64,000 nt of DNA. Source: Eledone cirrhosa (taxonomy: Eukaryota). The DNA is taken from positions 17,298,001 through 17,362,000 of the forward strand of contig OZ024763.1 in the NCBI GenBank assembly GCA_964016885.1. Reading direction: 5' to 3'. The notes below the pieces were generated by a model that searched no databases, had not been told where the DNA came from, and was given only the letters and a program-made list of their open reading frames with translations. A program made the position numbers and the translations under genes. Each line of letters opens with the position of its first letter. The stretch's first letter is position 1. Positions 1 through 14,147 of this stretch are shown in pieces.

Positions 1-125
1 GCTGGATAGAACCCTTCCCACCCTTGCAGGCAAGGAAAAGTAGACGTAAAATGATGATGATGATGTAGGTGATTCAGTGAATTACTGGTGGTGGTGGTGG
101 TATAAAAAAATCTAATACATGTAAT

Positions 126-400
126 ACTGCGGGAGAGAAGACTGCGTTAGTTTGGACATGTGATGCGCATGGAGGATGACCGCTGGGTAAAGAAGTGCCA
201 AGAAATCCCTGTTGAAGGAAGACGTGGTAGAGGTAGACCACGAAAAACATGGGCGGAGTTGGTGAGAGCAGACCTCAGATCGCTGAAGTTCACGGAGGAG
301 ATGACGAAGGACCGTGACGAGTGGAGAGATGCTGTGCTGAATAGGACCCGTCCTACCCTTGCAATCAGGGAAAAGCAGACGTTAGATGGTGATGATGATG
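126..400 (+). mobile_element. RTE-clade LINE 3' fragment (ORF C-terminus plus (GAT)n tail); a second tail occupies 1-65
   Basis: Translates to GHVMRMEDDRWVKKCQEIPVEGRRGRGRPRKTW...DRDEWR, the typical RTE ORF C-terminus, followed by a gatgat tail. Confidence 0.9.
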
Positions 401-480
401 GACTAGCGTCCGAAACATTTAGACTTTTCCTACTGTAATAAGTGTGAAACTAATATATATCTTCATTGTACCTCATTTTC
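393..480 (+). mobile_element. Family-A hammerhead-bearing short element, left end overwritten by the RTE tail
   Basis: tgatgatGGACtagcGTCCgaaacatttagac matches the copies at 26250, 33272 and 41416, including the downstream ~60 nt. Confidence 0.6.
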
Positions 481-560
481 TGTTGTTTTTTTTCTGTTTA
501 CTTGCCACACACAGATGCTGTGTGTGTGTATGTCTTTATATATATGTAATCACATATATA

Positions 561-591
<31 letters not shown>

Positions 592-644
592 AAATATATA
601 TGTATATATCTGTGTAAATATATGTGTGTGTGTGTGTATATATA

Positions 645-677
<33 letters not shown>

Positions 678-1387
678 GTGTGTGTGTGTATATATATATA
701 TATATAGGTTTGTGTGTGTAAATATATATGTATATAGCTGTGTAAATATGTGTGTGTGTGTATATATATATGTGTATAAATATATGTGTGTGTGTATATA
801 TATATATGTGTGTGTATGTATGTATGTATGTGGGAGTGTATATATAGTCTGTGTATATAAAAACATGATGTAAAAAATCCCAACCAGAAATGAGGTTATA
901 AAAAACTTTTTTAAATCCGTTAAATGAGTTTTTGCTCCGATTTCTTTTTAATTAATTCTAAAATCAAATTTTTAATCACTTACATTTTAAATGGTTGAAC
1001 ATGAGAGAGGGAGGGAGGGAGAGAGAGAGAAAGAAACAAGGAAGGAGAGGCAGTGTGTGAGAGAGAGAGGGGGGAAAGAAGAAGAGGCAGTGAGAGAGAA
1101 TGAGAGAGAGAGAGAATCACTTGCATTTTAAATGGTTGGACTTTCAAGAGTGTAAGGAGAGACAGTGTGTGAAAGAGAGAGAGTGAGAGAGAGAGAGAGT
1201 GTGTATGAAAGAGGGAGAGTTTGTGTGTGTGTGAAAGAGGGAGAGAGCGGTTAAGGGAGAGACAGAGAGGGAGAAAGAATCACTTGCATTTTAAATGCTT
1301 GAACATTCTGGAGAGAGAGAGAATTTTATTGAGTGGGAGATATACACATGTGTGTACACACACTCACACACACACACACACACATTC

Positions 1388-1443
<56 letters not shown>

Positions 1444-1456
1444 ACGTACATACATA

Positions 1457-1922
1457 TATGTATACAGACGTACAGTAGTATGTATATATATATTATATAC
1501 ATACATGCACACATATATATATGTACGTATGGATTCACCGAACATTTATTATAATGCTCGGTGTGTTTGTAAACAAACATCCCGTATTAAGCCGTAGTGT
1601 CTAGCAACCATCATTGCTCATTTGTTCAACACCGTTAATATGCATAAGGAAAGTATATACTTTCAGACGTTCAATCATCTGGCAGGAAGGTATACGTTGC
1701 TGAAGATAGCTAATAAGCTTGAAACTAGTTCAGCGTTCCTTTGTCAGTGTTGAACAAACGAGCAACGATGGTTGCTGGACACTGTACGGCTTAATACGGG
1801 ATGTTTGTTTACAAACACACCGAGTATTATAATAAATGTTCGGTGAATCCATACGTACATATATATATGTGTGTGCATGTATGTATATCTATATACATAC
1901 TACTGTACGTCTGTATACATAT
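1457..1922 (+). mobile_element. Fold-back element: ~175-bp inverted arms (1457-1632 / 1747-1922) with a hammerhead in the spacer; Penelope-like pseudo-LTR structure
   Basis: The arms are reverse complements (ggattcaccgaacatttattataat / attataataaatgttcggtgaatcc); AATAAA lies in the right arm; the element is flanked by (TA)n. Confidence 0.75.
1694..1736 (+). ncRNA. Minimal type-I hammerhead ribozyme motif
   Basis: acguug CUGAAGA u agcu-aaua-agcu u GAAA cuag U U cagcgu: helix I ACGUUG/CAGCGU and palindromic helix III ACUAGU. Confidence 0.7.
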
Positions 1923-1949
1923 ACATACTTATATTTAAGTAACAGCCGT

Positions 1950-2190
1950 AGTCACGACAAAAAAAACACACAGTCCACGCTGTAATGTGGCCGTGTAGGT
2001 AACACGGTAAAACCCTCCCAGACCCACACTGTAAACGTGGTTGGTGTTAGGAAGGGCATCCAGCCGTAGAAAACCCGCCAGACAGTCCTATACGAGCAGG
2101 ACAACCAATGTTGCCTCAAGTGGGAAAATTCCCGTCCAAACCCATGCAAGCGTGGAAGATGGACGTTAAACGATGATGATGATGATGATG
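1950..2190 (+). mobile_element. RTE long-3'UTR fragment (aggaagggcatccagc motif, (GAT)n tail)
   Basis: Matches the 3' UTR of the RTE copies at 2730-3400 and 27330-27818. Confidence 0.8.
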
Positions 2191-2285
2191 TATGTATAAA
2201 CATAGAGAGAGAATGAGCGTGTGTGAGTGTGTGTGTGTGAGAGAGATACATGCATACACACGCACATACACACACACTCATATAG

Positions 2286-2343
<58 letters not shown>

Positions 2344-2464
2344 GTTTGAATATGTGTAATAAAGCCAAAACAATGCAGGTATGGACATAGAAAAAAGAAT
2401 GCAATTGTAAAAGATATTGTTGACAATTCGTCCTTTACCCCCTCCCATATATATATATATAAAT

Positions 2465-2592
2465 ATAAAATATTAAAAAAATAATGAATAAAACAAAGAA
2501 ACAGTTCCTTATATTAAACAAAAAATGAACTTTTTTTGTTTAATATAAGGAACTGTTTCTTTGTTTTATTCATTATTTTTTTAATATTTTAT
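2465..2592. repeat. Near-perfect ~128-bp palindrome (about 60-bp arms)
   Basis: ataaaatattaaaaaaataatgaataaaacaaagaaacagttccttatattaaacaaaaaa is followed after ~5 nt by its reverse complement. Confidence 0.85.
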
Positions 2593-2729
2593 CTTGACTC
2601 TGTATTCCGTTTATCTTTCACCGAAAGTGATTTTTGAATGCATCTCTTCTTTCCATGATATCCGGATTACATTGAGTTCTTCATACGGATTGGACACTAC
2701 CGTAAACTTTTGGTAGATTTATCTACATA

Positions 2730-3403
2730 TCATCATCATCATCATCAACGTTTAACGTCCGTGTTCCACGCTTGCATGGGTTTGGACGGGGGTAGTCCCA
2801 CTTGAGGCAAGAGTGATTGTCTTGCTCGCATAGGACTGTCTGGCAGGTTTTCTACAGCTGGATGCCCTTCCTAACACCAACCACATTTACAGTGTGGGTC
2901 TGGGAGGTTTTTACCGTGTTGCCTACACGGCCACATTACAGCGTGGACTGTGTGTTTTTTTGTCGTGACACCTACACGATCTCATTTGTTTCGGCCTCGA
3001 TGGCGCGGCACCAACATAACTTTACATAGAACGGGGTGGTGTGGATGGGGTGGGGGTGGTGGTGGTGGGACGGGGTGTATTTTGTTAGAGATGCCTACTG
3101 GCTGGAGTAGGTTTTACTATATATTTAGGTAAGGCGGGTCTTCTCTGTTACTGAGTACCGCCAAAGGTCTCGGTCCAGTGACATTGTCTTGGAGAGGTGT
3201 AAGTGTGTGATGTCGGAGTTTATCAGCTCGTCCCAGGTTTTTCTAGGTCTGCCTATTCCGTGGCTACCGTCTATCTTTATTGCCCTGCACTTTGTTATAC
3301 AGCTATCGACTTTCATGGGCATCACGTGTCCATACCAACGTAGCCTTCTCTCGAGTAAACAACATCTGATCCCTCTTATCTCTAATTTTTTCCTTAGTTC
3401 GTT
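2730..3403 (-). mobile_element. RTE LINE 3' end with ~400-bp 3' UTR
   Basis: Minus strand gives RRLRWYGHVMPMKVDSCITKC...GRPRKTWDE...DRDLWR, then the UTR and a (GAT)n tail. Confidence 0.9.
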
Positions 3404-3679
3404 TATATATATAAATATATATATATAAATAAAATAAACATAGAGAGGCAGAGAGAGAGAGAATGAGAGTGTGTGAGTGAGAGAGTGAGACACACACACA
3501 CAATACAGAAACATATATAAACATAAATATATATATAAACACTGTAAATGTGGTTGGCACCAGGAAGGGTATCCAGCTGTAGAAATCTAGTCAGAAACAG
3601 TTCTATCTGAGCAAGTCACCTGACTTAACCTGCCTCAAATGGGACAACCTGTCTGACCCATGCTAATGTCGTCGAAACA

Positions 3680-3981
3680 ATGGCAGTATCGGTAGATGGT
3701 CGGATGCCATGCTTTGACGTATAGAGTTACGGCCCTTGCCATTCTGAGTTCAAATCCCGCCGAGGTTAACTTTGCCTTTCATCCTTACGAAGTCGATAAA
3801 ATAAAGTACCAGTAATGCACTGGGTAATTGCTGGCCTTGTGCCAAAAGTAGAAACAATTATTATTATCAAATCCCGCCGAGGTTAACTTTGCCTTTCATC
3901 CTTACGGGGTCGATAAAATAAAGTACCAGTAATGCACTGGGGTAATTGCTGGCCTTGTGCCAAAAGTAGAAACAATTATTA
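3680..3981 (+). mobile_element. tRNA-derived SINE (octopus-type, gcctttcatccttacggggtcgataaa core) with a tandem partial duplication
   Basis: A-box-like tggcagtatcggtag, B-box gagttcaaatcc, conserved core and (TTA)n tail; 3868-3981 repeats the 3' half. Confidence 0.85.
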
Positions 3982-4162
3982 TATGTGGATGTGTTACATA
4001 TATAACCCTGCCATCATCAGAACACATTTCTTCATTCCATGATAGACATTAATACAAGTAAATACTGGATTACATGGCCAATAACAACACAGCTTCTCAC
4101 AGTATTTGCTCCTGGGTGTATAAGAAGTCTATAGCTTTTTTTAATTTTCTATCACCCAAAGA

Positions 4163-4247
<85 letters not shown>

Positions 4248-4396
4248 TTTCTCTCTCTCTCACATGCACTCTCTCTCTCAATATATATATATTTATTTAT
4301 TTATTTGCCTGTCTATCTCGTTATCTCTCTATCTACTTCTCTCACTCACTCACTCTATCTATCTATCTATCTACCCCCTCTCTCTCTCTCTCTGAC

Positions 4397-4430
<34 letters not shown>

Positions 4431-4440
4431 CACACATATC

Positions 4441-4483
<43 letters not shown>

Positions 4484-4863
4484 TTTATTTAATTATTTAT
4501 AGAGCACTCTTCTTTCCTTTGCATTTTCTACGGCAATACCCCCACCCCCACGCCCACACACACAAACAAACATATATAATGTCTCTATATATTTCCTTCC
4601 CTATTTATCTCTCTCTCCGTATTGCCTCTTCTCTCTACCTATCTACCTCTCGCTCTCCCCCCCCCCTCTCTCTATCCCCCCTCTCTCTCTATATCCCCCC
4701 TCTCTCTCTATCCCCCCTCTCTCTCTCTATCTAACTATCTATCTCCCCCTCTCTATTTCCCTCTCCCACCCTCTCTCTCCCCATTCACTAACTAATGTCC
4801 CTTTAATCTCATCATTGGCCCCATAAGGCACAATTTGTTTACATGACTTCAACTCTACGACCA

Positions 4864-4905
<42 letters not shown>

Positions 4906-4995
4906 GTATATATATATGTATTTATTTGTATACACATTTATATGTATACATATATATATATATATATATTATATGTTTATATATACACACACACT

Positions 4996-5044
<49 letters not shown>

Positions 5045-5496
5045 TGTGTGTGTATATATTATATATATATATAGTTTGTATACATATATATATATATATA
5101 GTGTGTGTGTTTAAAAATGATTATGATGATATATATCTATATAATTAGAATCCCCAAAGCCATCCCAGCTGTTTAAACTAGATTTCCACAAGTATTTTCA
5201 AGAGAATGATCACTCCTTTAAAAATACTTCTGAAAATCAAGTTGAAATCTTCAGTATACCGACTCTACATGTTACGATTCATAGAATACTACCCAGATTT
5301 GTGGGTTTTGAAGTCCTATGTCTTCTCAGAAGTTCCAGTGGGTAGCAGTAACGAGCAGAATACACATTCTTGACAAGGAGCAAGACTCTCCGAAACAATC
5401 GTTAGTTGTCAATTGTCGATTGTTTTCTCTCAGTTATTACTGGAACCAAAGGATGACGTCATCTACCATGTGGTGTTTTTATGAGTTTGTTTACAT

Positions 5497-5840
5497 GTAA
5501 TACAGAGTACCCGACCTCCCACGGGTACAAGCCGAAGCTGAAGCATATAGACAATATGCCCTCACACCCTCGCACTGCAAGGTGGTCGTGGAGGTGTCAC
5601 GACAAAAAGCACCCAGCCCACACTGTAGAGTGGACATGTAGGCGCCATGGAAAAAAAGCACCCAGCACTCACTGTAAATGAGGTTGGTGTTAGGAAGGGC
5701 ATCCAGCTGTAGAAATCAAGCCAGAATCAGTTCCTGTATGAGCAAGGCATGGTCAGACGACCTGGCATTGCCCACAACAGGACAACCCGTCTAACCCATG
5801 CTAGCATGGAAGAACGGACGTAAAATGGTGATGATGATGA
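5497..5840 (+). mobile_element. RTE-derived 3' fragment, third UTR variant (also 31705-32189 and 39370-39496)
   Basis: Near-identical to 31840-32189, which upstream encodes HDRDFWRHAVIQSTRP; ends ggacgtaaaatggtgatgatg. Confidence 0.75.
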
Positions 5841-6512
5841 TACACACACTTACACATGCAGTGATAGATATACATACATATAGACACACATACACAGTGA
5901 TATATACACACATACATATACACACACATACACAGTGATATATATACACACATACATGAATACACACACTTACACATACAGTGATATACATATAGACACA
6001 CATACACAGTGATATATATACACATATGCATATACACATACATATAGACACACATTCACAATGATATATATACACATACATATACACACACTTATAGAGA
6101 CAGTGATATATATACATATAGACACACATACACAGTGATATATATACACATACATATACACACACTTTTACATACAGTGATGTATATAAATATAGACACA
6201 CATACACAGTGATATATATACACATACATATACACACACTTTTACATACAGTGATGTATATAAATATAGATACACATACACAGTGATATATATACACATG
6301 TACATATACACACACTTACACATAGTGATATACATACATATAGACACACATACACAGTGATATATATACACATACATATACACACACTTTTACATACAGT
6401 GATGTATATACATATAGACACACATACACAGTGATATATATATACACATATACATACATACACACACTTACAAAACAGTGATGTATATACATATAGACAC
6501 ACATACACAGTG

Positions 6513-6543
<31 letters not shown>

Positions 6544-7052
6544 CACACACTTACACAGACAGTGATATATATACATACATATAGACACACATACATATAC
6601 ACACACTTATAGAGACAGTGATATATATACATACATATAGACACACATACACAGTGATATATATACACATACATATACATACATACACACACTTACAATA
6701 CAGTGATGTATATACATATAGACACACATACAGTGTGATATATATACATACATATAGACACACATACATAGTGATATATATATATATATATAGACACACA
6801 TACACAGTGATATATATACACATACATATACACACACTTACATATATAGTGATATATATACATATACATATAGACACACATACACAGTGATATATATATA
6901 TATATACATATACACACACTTACACAGACAGTGATGTATATACATACATATAGACACACATACATATAGACACATAGACAGTGATATATATATATACATA
7001 TACACACACTTATAGAGACAGTGATATATATACATATAGACACACATACACA

Positions 7053-7088
<36 letters not shown>

Positions 7089-7572
7089 CACACACTTACA
7101 CAGACAGTGATATATACACATACATATAGACACACATACACAGTGATATATATACACATACATATACACACACTTTTACATACAGTGATGTATATACATA
7201 TAGACACACATACACAGTGATATATATATACACATATACATACATACACACACTTACAAAACAGTGATGTATATACATATAGACACACATACACAGTGAT
7301 ATATATGTAAATACATATAGACACATATACAGTGATATATATACACATATACATATACACACACTGATATATATACATACATATAGACACATACATAGTG
7401 ATATATATATATACATATACATACACTTACACATACAGTGATATATATACATACATATAGACACACATACACAGTGATATATATACATACATATATATAT
7501 ACATATACACACACTTACACAGACAGTGATATATATACATACATATAGACACACATACACATGTCTGTGTAA

Positions 7573-7644
<72 letters not shown>

Positions 7645-8240
7645 TTACACAGACAGTGATATATATACATACATATAGACACACATACACAGTGATATAT
7701 ATATATACATACATATACACACACTTACACAGACAGTAATTTATATACATACATATAGACACACATACACAGTGATATATATATATATATATATATACAT
7801 ATACACACACTTACACATACAGTGATATATATACATACATATAGACACACATACATATAGACACATAGACAGTGATATATATATATATATATACATACAT
7901 ATACACACACTTATAGAGACAGTGATATATATACATATAGACACACATACACAGTGATATATATACACATACATATACACACACTTATAGAGACAGTGAT
8001 ATATACATACATATAGACACACATACACAGTGATATATATACACATACATATACACACACTTATACATACAGTGATATATACATACATATAGACACATAC
8101 ACAGTGATATATATACATACATATAGACACATATACACAGTGATATATATATATATATATACACATACTTACACATACAGTGATTATATACACAGTCATA
8201 CACACACACATATATATATACAGTGATATATATATATATA
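5840..8240. repeat. Compound (TA)/(CA) minisatellite with recurring cagtgatatata...catatagacacacata units
   Basis: Direct visual periodicity over ~2.4 kb. Confidence 0.9.
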
Positions 8241-8387
8241 TACACTCAGTTATATACATACACTAAACGCAGTCATACATTGCAGCCAGTTACTCTGTGT
8301 ATTCCAGTTGGTACGATCAACAGAACAGCCTGCTCATTAAAGTGACGTGTAAGTGGCTGAGTATTCCACAAACACATGTACCTTTAA

Positions 8388-8584
8388 CCCTTTAGCATTT
8401 ACATTACCCTATATATCAGCCTGACTAGGAGTAGGAAGCTGTCATTCCCTGACGTTATCTCTAGGGATACGGGAATCAGTAGACAGGACCTGGGGTCAGC
8501 GATGGGGGACAGGGGATTCTGGGGCATGAGAGTGAGATCCATCATCTCGACAGTAGTCGACGAGTGATGATGATGACCCTATAT

Positions 8585-8616
<32 letters not shown>

Positions 8617-9132
8617 TTAACGTCCATCTTCCACGCTAGCATGGGTTAGACGGGGGTTGTCCCTCTTGAGGCAAGGCTTGTCAGGTGACCATGCCTCGCT
8701 CGTGTAGGACTGTGTATCTGGCAGGTTCTCTACGGCTGGATGCCCTTCCTAACACTAACCCCATTTACATTACCCTATATATTATCATCATCATCATCAT
8801 CATTTAACATCCATCTTCCACGCTAGCATGGGTTAGACGGGTGTTGTCCCTCTTGAGGCAAGGCTTGTCAGGTGACCATGCCTCGCTCGTGTAGGACTGT
8901 GTATCTGGCAGGTTCTCTACGGCTGGATGCCCTTCCTAACCCCAACCCCATTTACAGTGTGGTTATATACTTATGTATTTCCATGGTGAAGGCTTTACCT
9001 CAAATAATATTGAATCTATGAGATTTTGAGAACAATACCTTAACATCAGTATGAGCGGTCAGTTATGACCAGTTTGAACGGAGAGAAGTGAGAGAATTCT
9101 GGCCGGATATGGCTGGTTTAAATGCTAAAGGG
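8388..9132. mobile_element. piggyBac-type MITE (TTAA TSD; TIR ccctttagcattt)
   Basis: ttaa|ccctttagcattt ... aaatgctaaaggg|ttaa; carries nested LINE/SINE fragments. Confidence 0.8.
8419..8575 (+). mobile_element. 5'-truncated RTE/RTEX-like LINE with a 13-bp TSD
   Basis: Encodes KLSFPDVISRDTGISRQDLGSAMGDRGFW..., ends in (GAT)n, and is flanked by accctatatatca at 8406-8418 and 8576-8588. Confidence 0.7.
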
Positions 9133-9485
9133 TTAACATTGTTCTCAGGGAGATTCTGCATTACACAGAATGTGACAAGGCTGGCCCTTCGAATTACAGG
9201 TACAACCCATTTTTGCCAGCTGGGTGGACTGGAGCAACGTGAAATAAAGTGTCTTGCTCAAGGAGACAATGCACTGCTGGGAATCGAACTCACGATCTTA
9301 TGATTGTAAGCTGAATATCCAAACCACAAAGCCATGGACCTTCACCCTGTCATACATACACACCACATATAAATGTACATATACTAATATGTGTATACCG
9401 AAAGACATAAACACACATATTTCCAATATGTACTGCACACACACACACACTCATCCATATATACACATATACAAAAAGACATATA

Positions 9486-9516
<31 letters not shown>

Positions 9517-9880
9517 CTAAATACACACATACAATACACATTTCTCCTATCTCTTACATACATATGTTTTTCACACCAAATCTATACCCCCCCCCCCCAT
9601 CCACACATTTCACTTCATACAGTATACTTTGGTTTATGTAAACATATCTTCTAAACTTCTAAATGTTTTATGTGTTTTATATATATATAATGCTATATAT
9701 ATATAGCATTATATATATATAATGCTATATATATATAGCATTATATATATATATAATGCTATATATATATAGCATTATATATATATATAATGCTATATAT
9801 ATAGCATTATATATATATATATAATGCTATATATATATATAATGCTAAATATATATATAGCATTATATATATATATAATG

Positions 9881-9925
<45 letters not shown>

Positions 9926-10179
9926 GCTATATATATATATATATATAAATATATAATGTTATATATATATATATATATATAATGTTATATATATATATAT
10001 AATGTTATATATATATATATATAATGTTATATATACATATATATATATATATATAATGCTATATATATATATATATATAATGCTATATATATATATATAT
10101 ATATATATATAATGCTATATATACATATAATGCTACATATATATATATATAATGCTACATATATATATATATATAATGC

Positions 10180-10226
<47 letters not shown>

Positions 10227-11129
10227 TTATTATATGTGTATATATATATATTTTATTATATTTTTTAAATGCCCCTCTGATAAATTAAACAATTATTCTG
10301 ATTTAATTATTTACCTTTTCCACACTTTAAATTTCTTCTTTTTTCGCCCGCTTCATATATGATGTTGTTGTTGTTGTTGTCGTTGTGTTTGTTTTTGTTT
10401 GTTGTTTGTTGTTCGTTGTTGTATTTTTTTTTAACTTTAAATTTCTTTACTTTAACAATTTTCTAAATTTTCAAATGAAAATTCAAATAAAGCCCCCATT
10501 GTCTCAACACAACAATAGAACATAGCAGAAATTATGAAAAACTGACGACAAACGACAAGTACAATAACACCAACACTAACAACAATAATGATGATAATAA
10601 TAACACTAATGGTAATACTAATAATGATAATACTAATAATGATAATAATAATGATAATGATAATGATAAAAATAATTATTATTTTTATTTCTTTATAATA
10701 ATCGTTTCTTTATTGGCCACAAGGGCTAACATGAAGAAAAACATGATTTCTTTATGATAATGATAATACTAATAATGGTAATACTAATAATGATAATAAT
10801 AATGATAATGATAAAAATAATTATTATTTTTATTTCTTTATAATAATCGTTTCTTTATTGGCCACAAGGGCTAACATGAAGAAAAACATTTCTTTATGAT
10901 AATGATAATACTAATAATGATAATAATAATGGTGATGATAATAACAGTGAAAATATGGTGCTAATAATGATAATAATAATGAAAAAATAATGTTGATAAT
11001 AATAATAATTGTGATAATGATAATAATATTAATGATAGCAGTAATAAAGGTAATAATGATAATAATGATGAAATAATAATAATAATAATAAGGATAATAA
11101 TGATAATGATATAACAATAATAATAATAA

Positions 11130-11260
11130 TTGTTTCTATTTTTGGCACAAGGCCAGCAATTACCTCAGTGCATTACTGGTACTTTATTTTATCGACCCTG
11201 TAAGGATGAAAGGCAAAGTTAAACTCGGCGGGATTTGAACTCAGACCATAAAGGGACGTA
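11130..11260 (-). mobile_element. tRNA-derived SINE fragment (same family as 3680)
   Basis: Reverse complement of the core (ggatgaaaggcaaagttaa) and B-box (ggatttgaactc). Confidence 0.8.
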
Positions 11261-12086
11261 AATAATGATAATAATAATACTAATTATGACAATAATGAAA
11301 ATAATAATGATAATAAAAATAAAAATAAAATAATATTAATAATAATGATTTCTTTATTGGCCACAAGGGCTGAATAATAATTGAAATGATGATAATAATA
11401 ATAAAAATGATAATGATAATTATAATAATTGAAATGATAATAATTATAATAAAAATAATAATGATAATGTCAATTATAATGATAATAATTTAAATGATAA
11501 TGATAATAAAATAATTGTTTCTACTTTAGGCACAAGGCCAGCAATTACCCAGTGCATTACTGAATAAAATAATAATGATAATTATAATTATAATAATAAT
11601 TGAAATGATAATACTAATAAAAATTATATTGATAATAATAATTATAAAGATAATAATTGAAATGATAATGATAATAAAAATAATGATAATTTTAATAAAG
11701 ATAAAAATAATAATGGTAATGATTGTTAATGAAAGGACATAAATTCCATTGTTCTAACAAAATCAGAAGTGTAGATATTCTACTTAGAATTAGTGGAGAA
11801 AAATAGTGTTAGTCTTTTATTTGGTCTATTACACTTTACTTATTATTAATCAATTGTCTATTGTTGTAATTAATCAACAAGCCTTGATATATATCTGTGT
11901 GTGTGTGTATATATATAATATATATATATATATATACACACACAGACAGATATATATATAACAAAGATATGTAAATATATGTATATATAAATGTATATAT
12001 ATATATATATAAATATAACACAGATATGTAAATATATGTTTATATATATATATATATATAAATATAACACAGATATGTAAATATAT

Positions 12087-12126
<40 letters not shown>

Positions 12127-12387
12127 ACAGATATGTAAATATATGTTTATATATATATATATATAGATATAACAGATATGTAAATATATATATATATATA
12201 TAACAGATATGTAAATATATATATATTTATATACATACATACATATATATATACACACACACACACAAACTACATACACAACACATATACATATATATAC
12301 ACACACATATATATATAAGTATATGTATATATATAAATATATATTATACACACTTATATATAAACACACACACACGTATACATACAT

Positions 12388-12445
<58 letters not shown>

Positions 12446-12505
12446 CTTAGATGTAGAAATCCCAAACACCGAAAATAACTGTAAACAGTTGATTACTATC
12501 AATAA

Positions 12506-13134
12506 TCTATATATATAAATCTGAGGATGTCTGTCTGTGAGTTTGAATCCCTAAAACTCGAGAAGTACCCAACCGATTCTTTTCAAACTTTACATGTGTA
12601 TTACTTATGTTTCAGGGAGTGTTATGCACTAAAAAATTCAACTTGTTGAACCCCTAGGGCCAGCATTAGGTGAAAAACTACGTTTTTTTCCAGCTTTTTA
12701 GGGGTTTTTTAAGATGTTACGTCAGACCGATTTCCTTGAAATTGTAACTATGTATTAGTCAGTCTCTTCTTCATACTGTGAGCAAAGAAAATCCAACTTT
12801 TTTATGGCCTAGGGCCCACATTAGGTGAAAAACTTTTTTCAGCTTTTTAGGGCTCTTTTGAGGCGTTACATGTAGCCGATTTTTCCCAAAATTTCAGGGC
12901 ATATTATGCACATAAAAAAAATTCATTTTCTTGATCCTCTAGGGCCCACATTAGGTGAAAATCTGCATTTTTCCTGCTTCATCGAGGAAAATCTTAAAGA
13001 TTATCCAGCCATCAGAGTATTTGGTTTATTTTCTTTACATATTGTCGAGGCATGCAGTTTTTCCACGATTAGGTCTGTTGGTGGCCCGCATTCCAAAATA
13101 CCTTATCCCGTGCAACACCAGGTACCACTGCTAG
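12506..13134 (+). mobile_element. Non-autonomous Helitron
   Basis: A|TCTATATATATAAA 5' end, (gtct)n near the 5' end, subterminal cccgtgcaacaccagg hairpin and CTAG|T 3' end; no TSD. Confidence 0.8.
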
Positions 13135-13332
13135 TAACTCATAAAATTGAGTAAAATACCCTAGAGTTCTCTTCCTCTGGGATTTCTGCGCACCCTCTTC
13201 AACTGATGCTCATCAACCATGTGCACCACATGGCCATACTAGTGCAGTCCTCTCTCCTACCCACACTACATCTAATTCCTCTTATATCCAGCTTTTCTCT
13301 CAGCTCCTCTATAGTTTACCTTTTATTTATGT

Positions 13333-14147
13333 TAACCCGTTATCATTTGCATTATTCTATATTTACTTATTATATTTATACGGTAAAGGCTTTACCTCAC
13401 ATAATTATCTCACATAATATCGAATCTATGAGATTTTGATATTTATTTTGAGAACAATACCTTAACATCAGTATGAGTGGCCAGTTACAGTCAGTTTGAA
13501 CAGAAAGAGGTGAGAGAATTTCTGCTAGATACAGTCAGTATAACACTTTAGCATTTACATTAATCTCATCATCATCATCGTTTCCACGCTAGCATGGGTT
13601 TAGACGGGAATTGTCCCAAGATTGGTCGTCTCGCTCGTATAGGACTGTCTGGCAGGTTTTCTATGGCTGGATGCCCTTCCTAACACCAACCACGTTTACA
13701 GTGTGGACTGGGAGGTTTTTACCATGTAACCTACACGGTCACATTACAGCATGGACTGTGTGGTTTTTTTTTTTGTCGTGACACCTACACGACCTCATTT
13801 ATTTAGGATTGGATGTTGTGGTACCAACATAATTTTACAGAGAAAGGGGTGGTGTTGATGGGGGGGGGGGGTATATTTGATTAAGAGGTGCCTACTGACT
13901 AGGTTTCGCTTTGTACTTAGGCAAGGCGGGTCTTCTGTATTACTGTATTACTATTGTATTTTTGTGGTCAAGGCTTTATCTTATATAATTACCTCACATA
14001 ATATGGAATCTATGAGAGTTTGACATTATCTATGTTGAGAACATTACCTTTACATCAGTATGAGTGGCCAGTTATAGCCAGTTTGAGCAGAAGGAGGTGA
14101 GAGAATTCTGGCCGGATATACACCTGGTTTAAATGTTAAAGGGTTAA
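13333..14147. mobile_element. Two tandem copies of the TTAA MITE; the second carries an RTE 3' fragment (13568-13945, minus)
   Basis: Internal sequence is shared with 8970-9132 and 15494-15677; right end aaatgttaaaggg|ttaa. Confidence 0.7.

Larger units (their letters stand above)
8300..9345 (-). mobile_element. tRNA/CORE-like SINE split by a nested TTAA MITE
   Basis: The head (gaatcgaactc B-box reverse complement; gtgtcttgctcaagg) lies at 9137-9345 and the body resumes at 8300-8387, joined at TTAA. Confidence 0.75.

Noticed and set aside
5360-5410. Further degenerate hammerhead-like cores (also ~15190, 26858, 45385, 62690)
   Set aside because: Core nucleotides or helices are too damaged to support; possibly old relics, so not counted.
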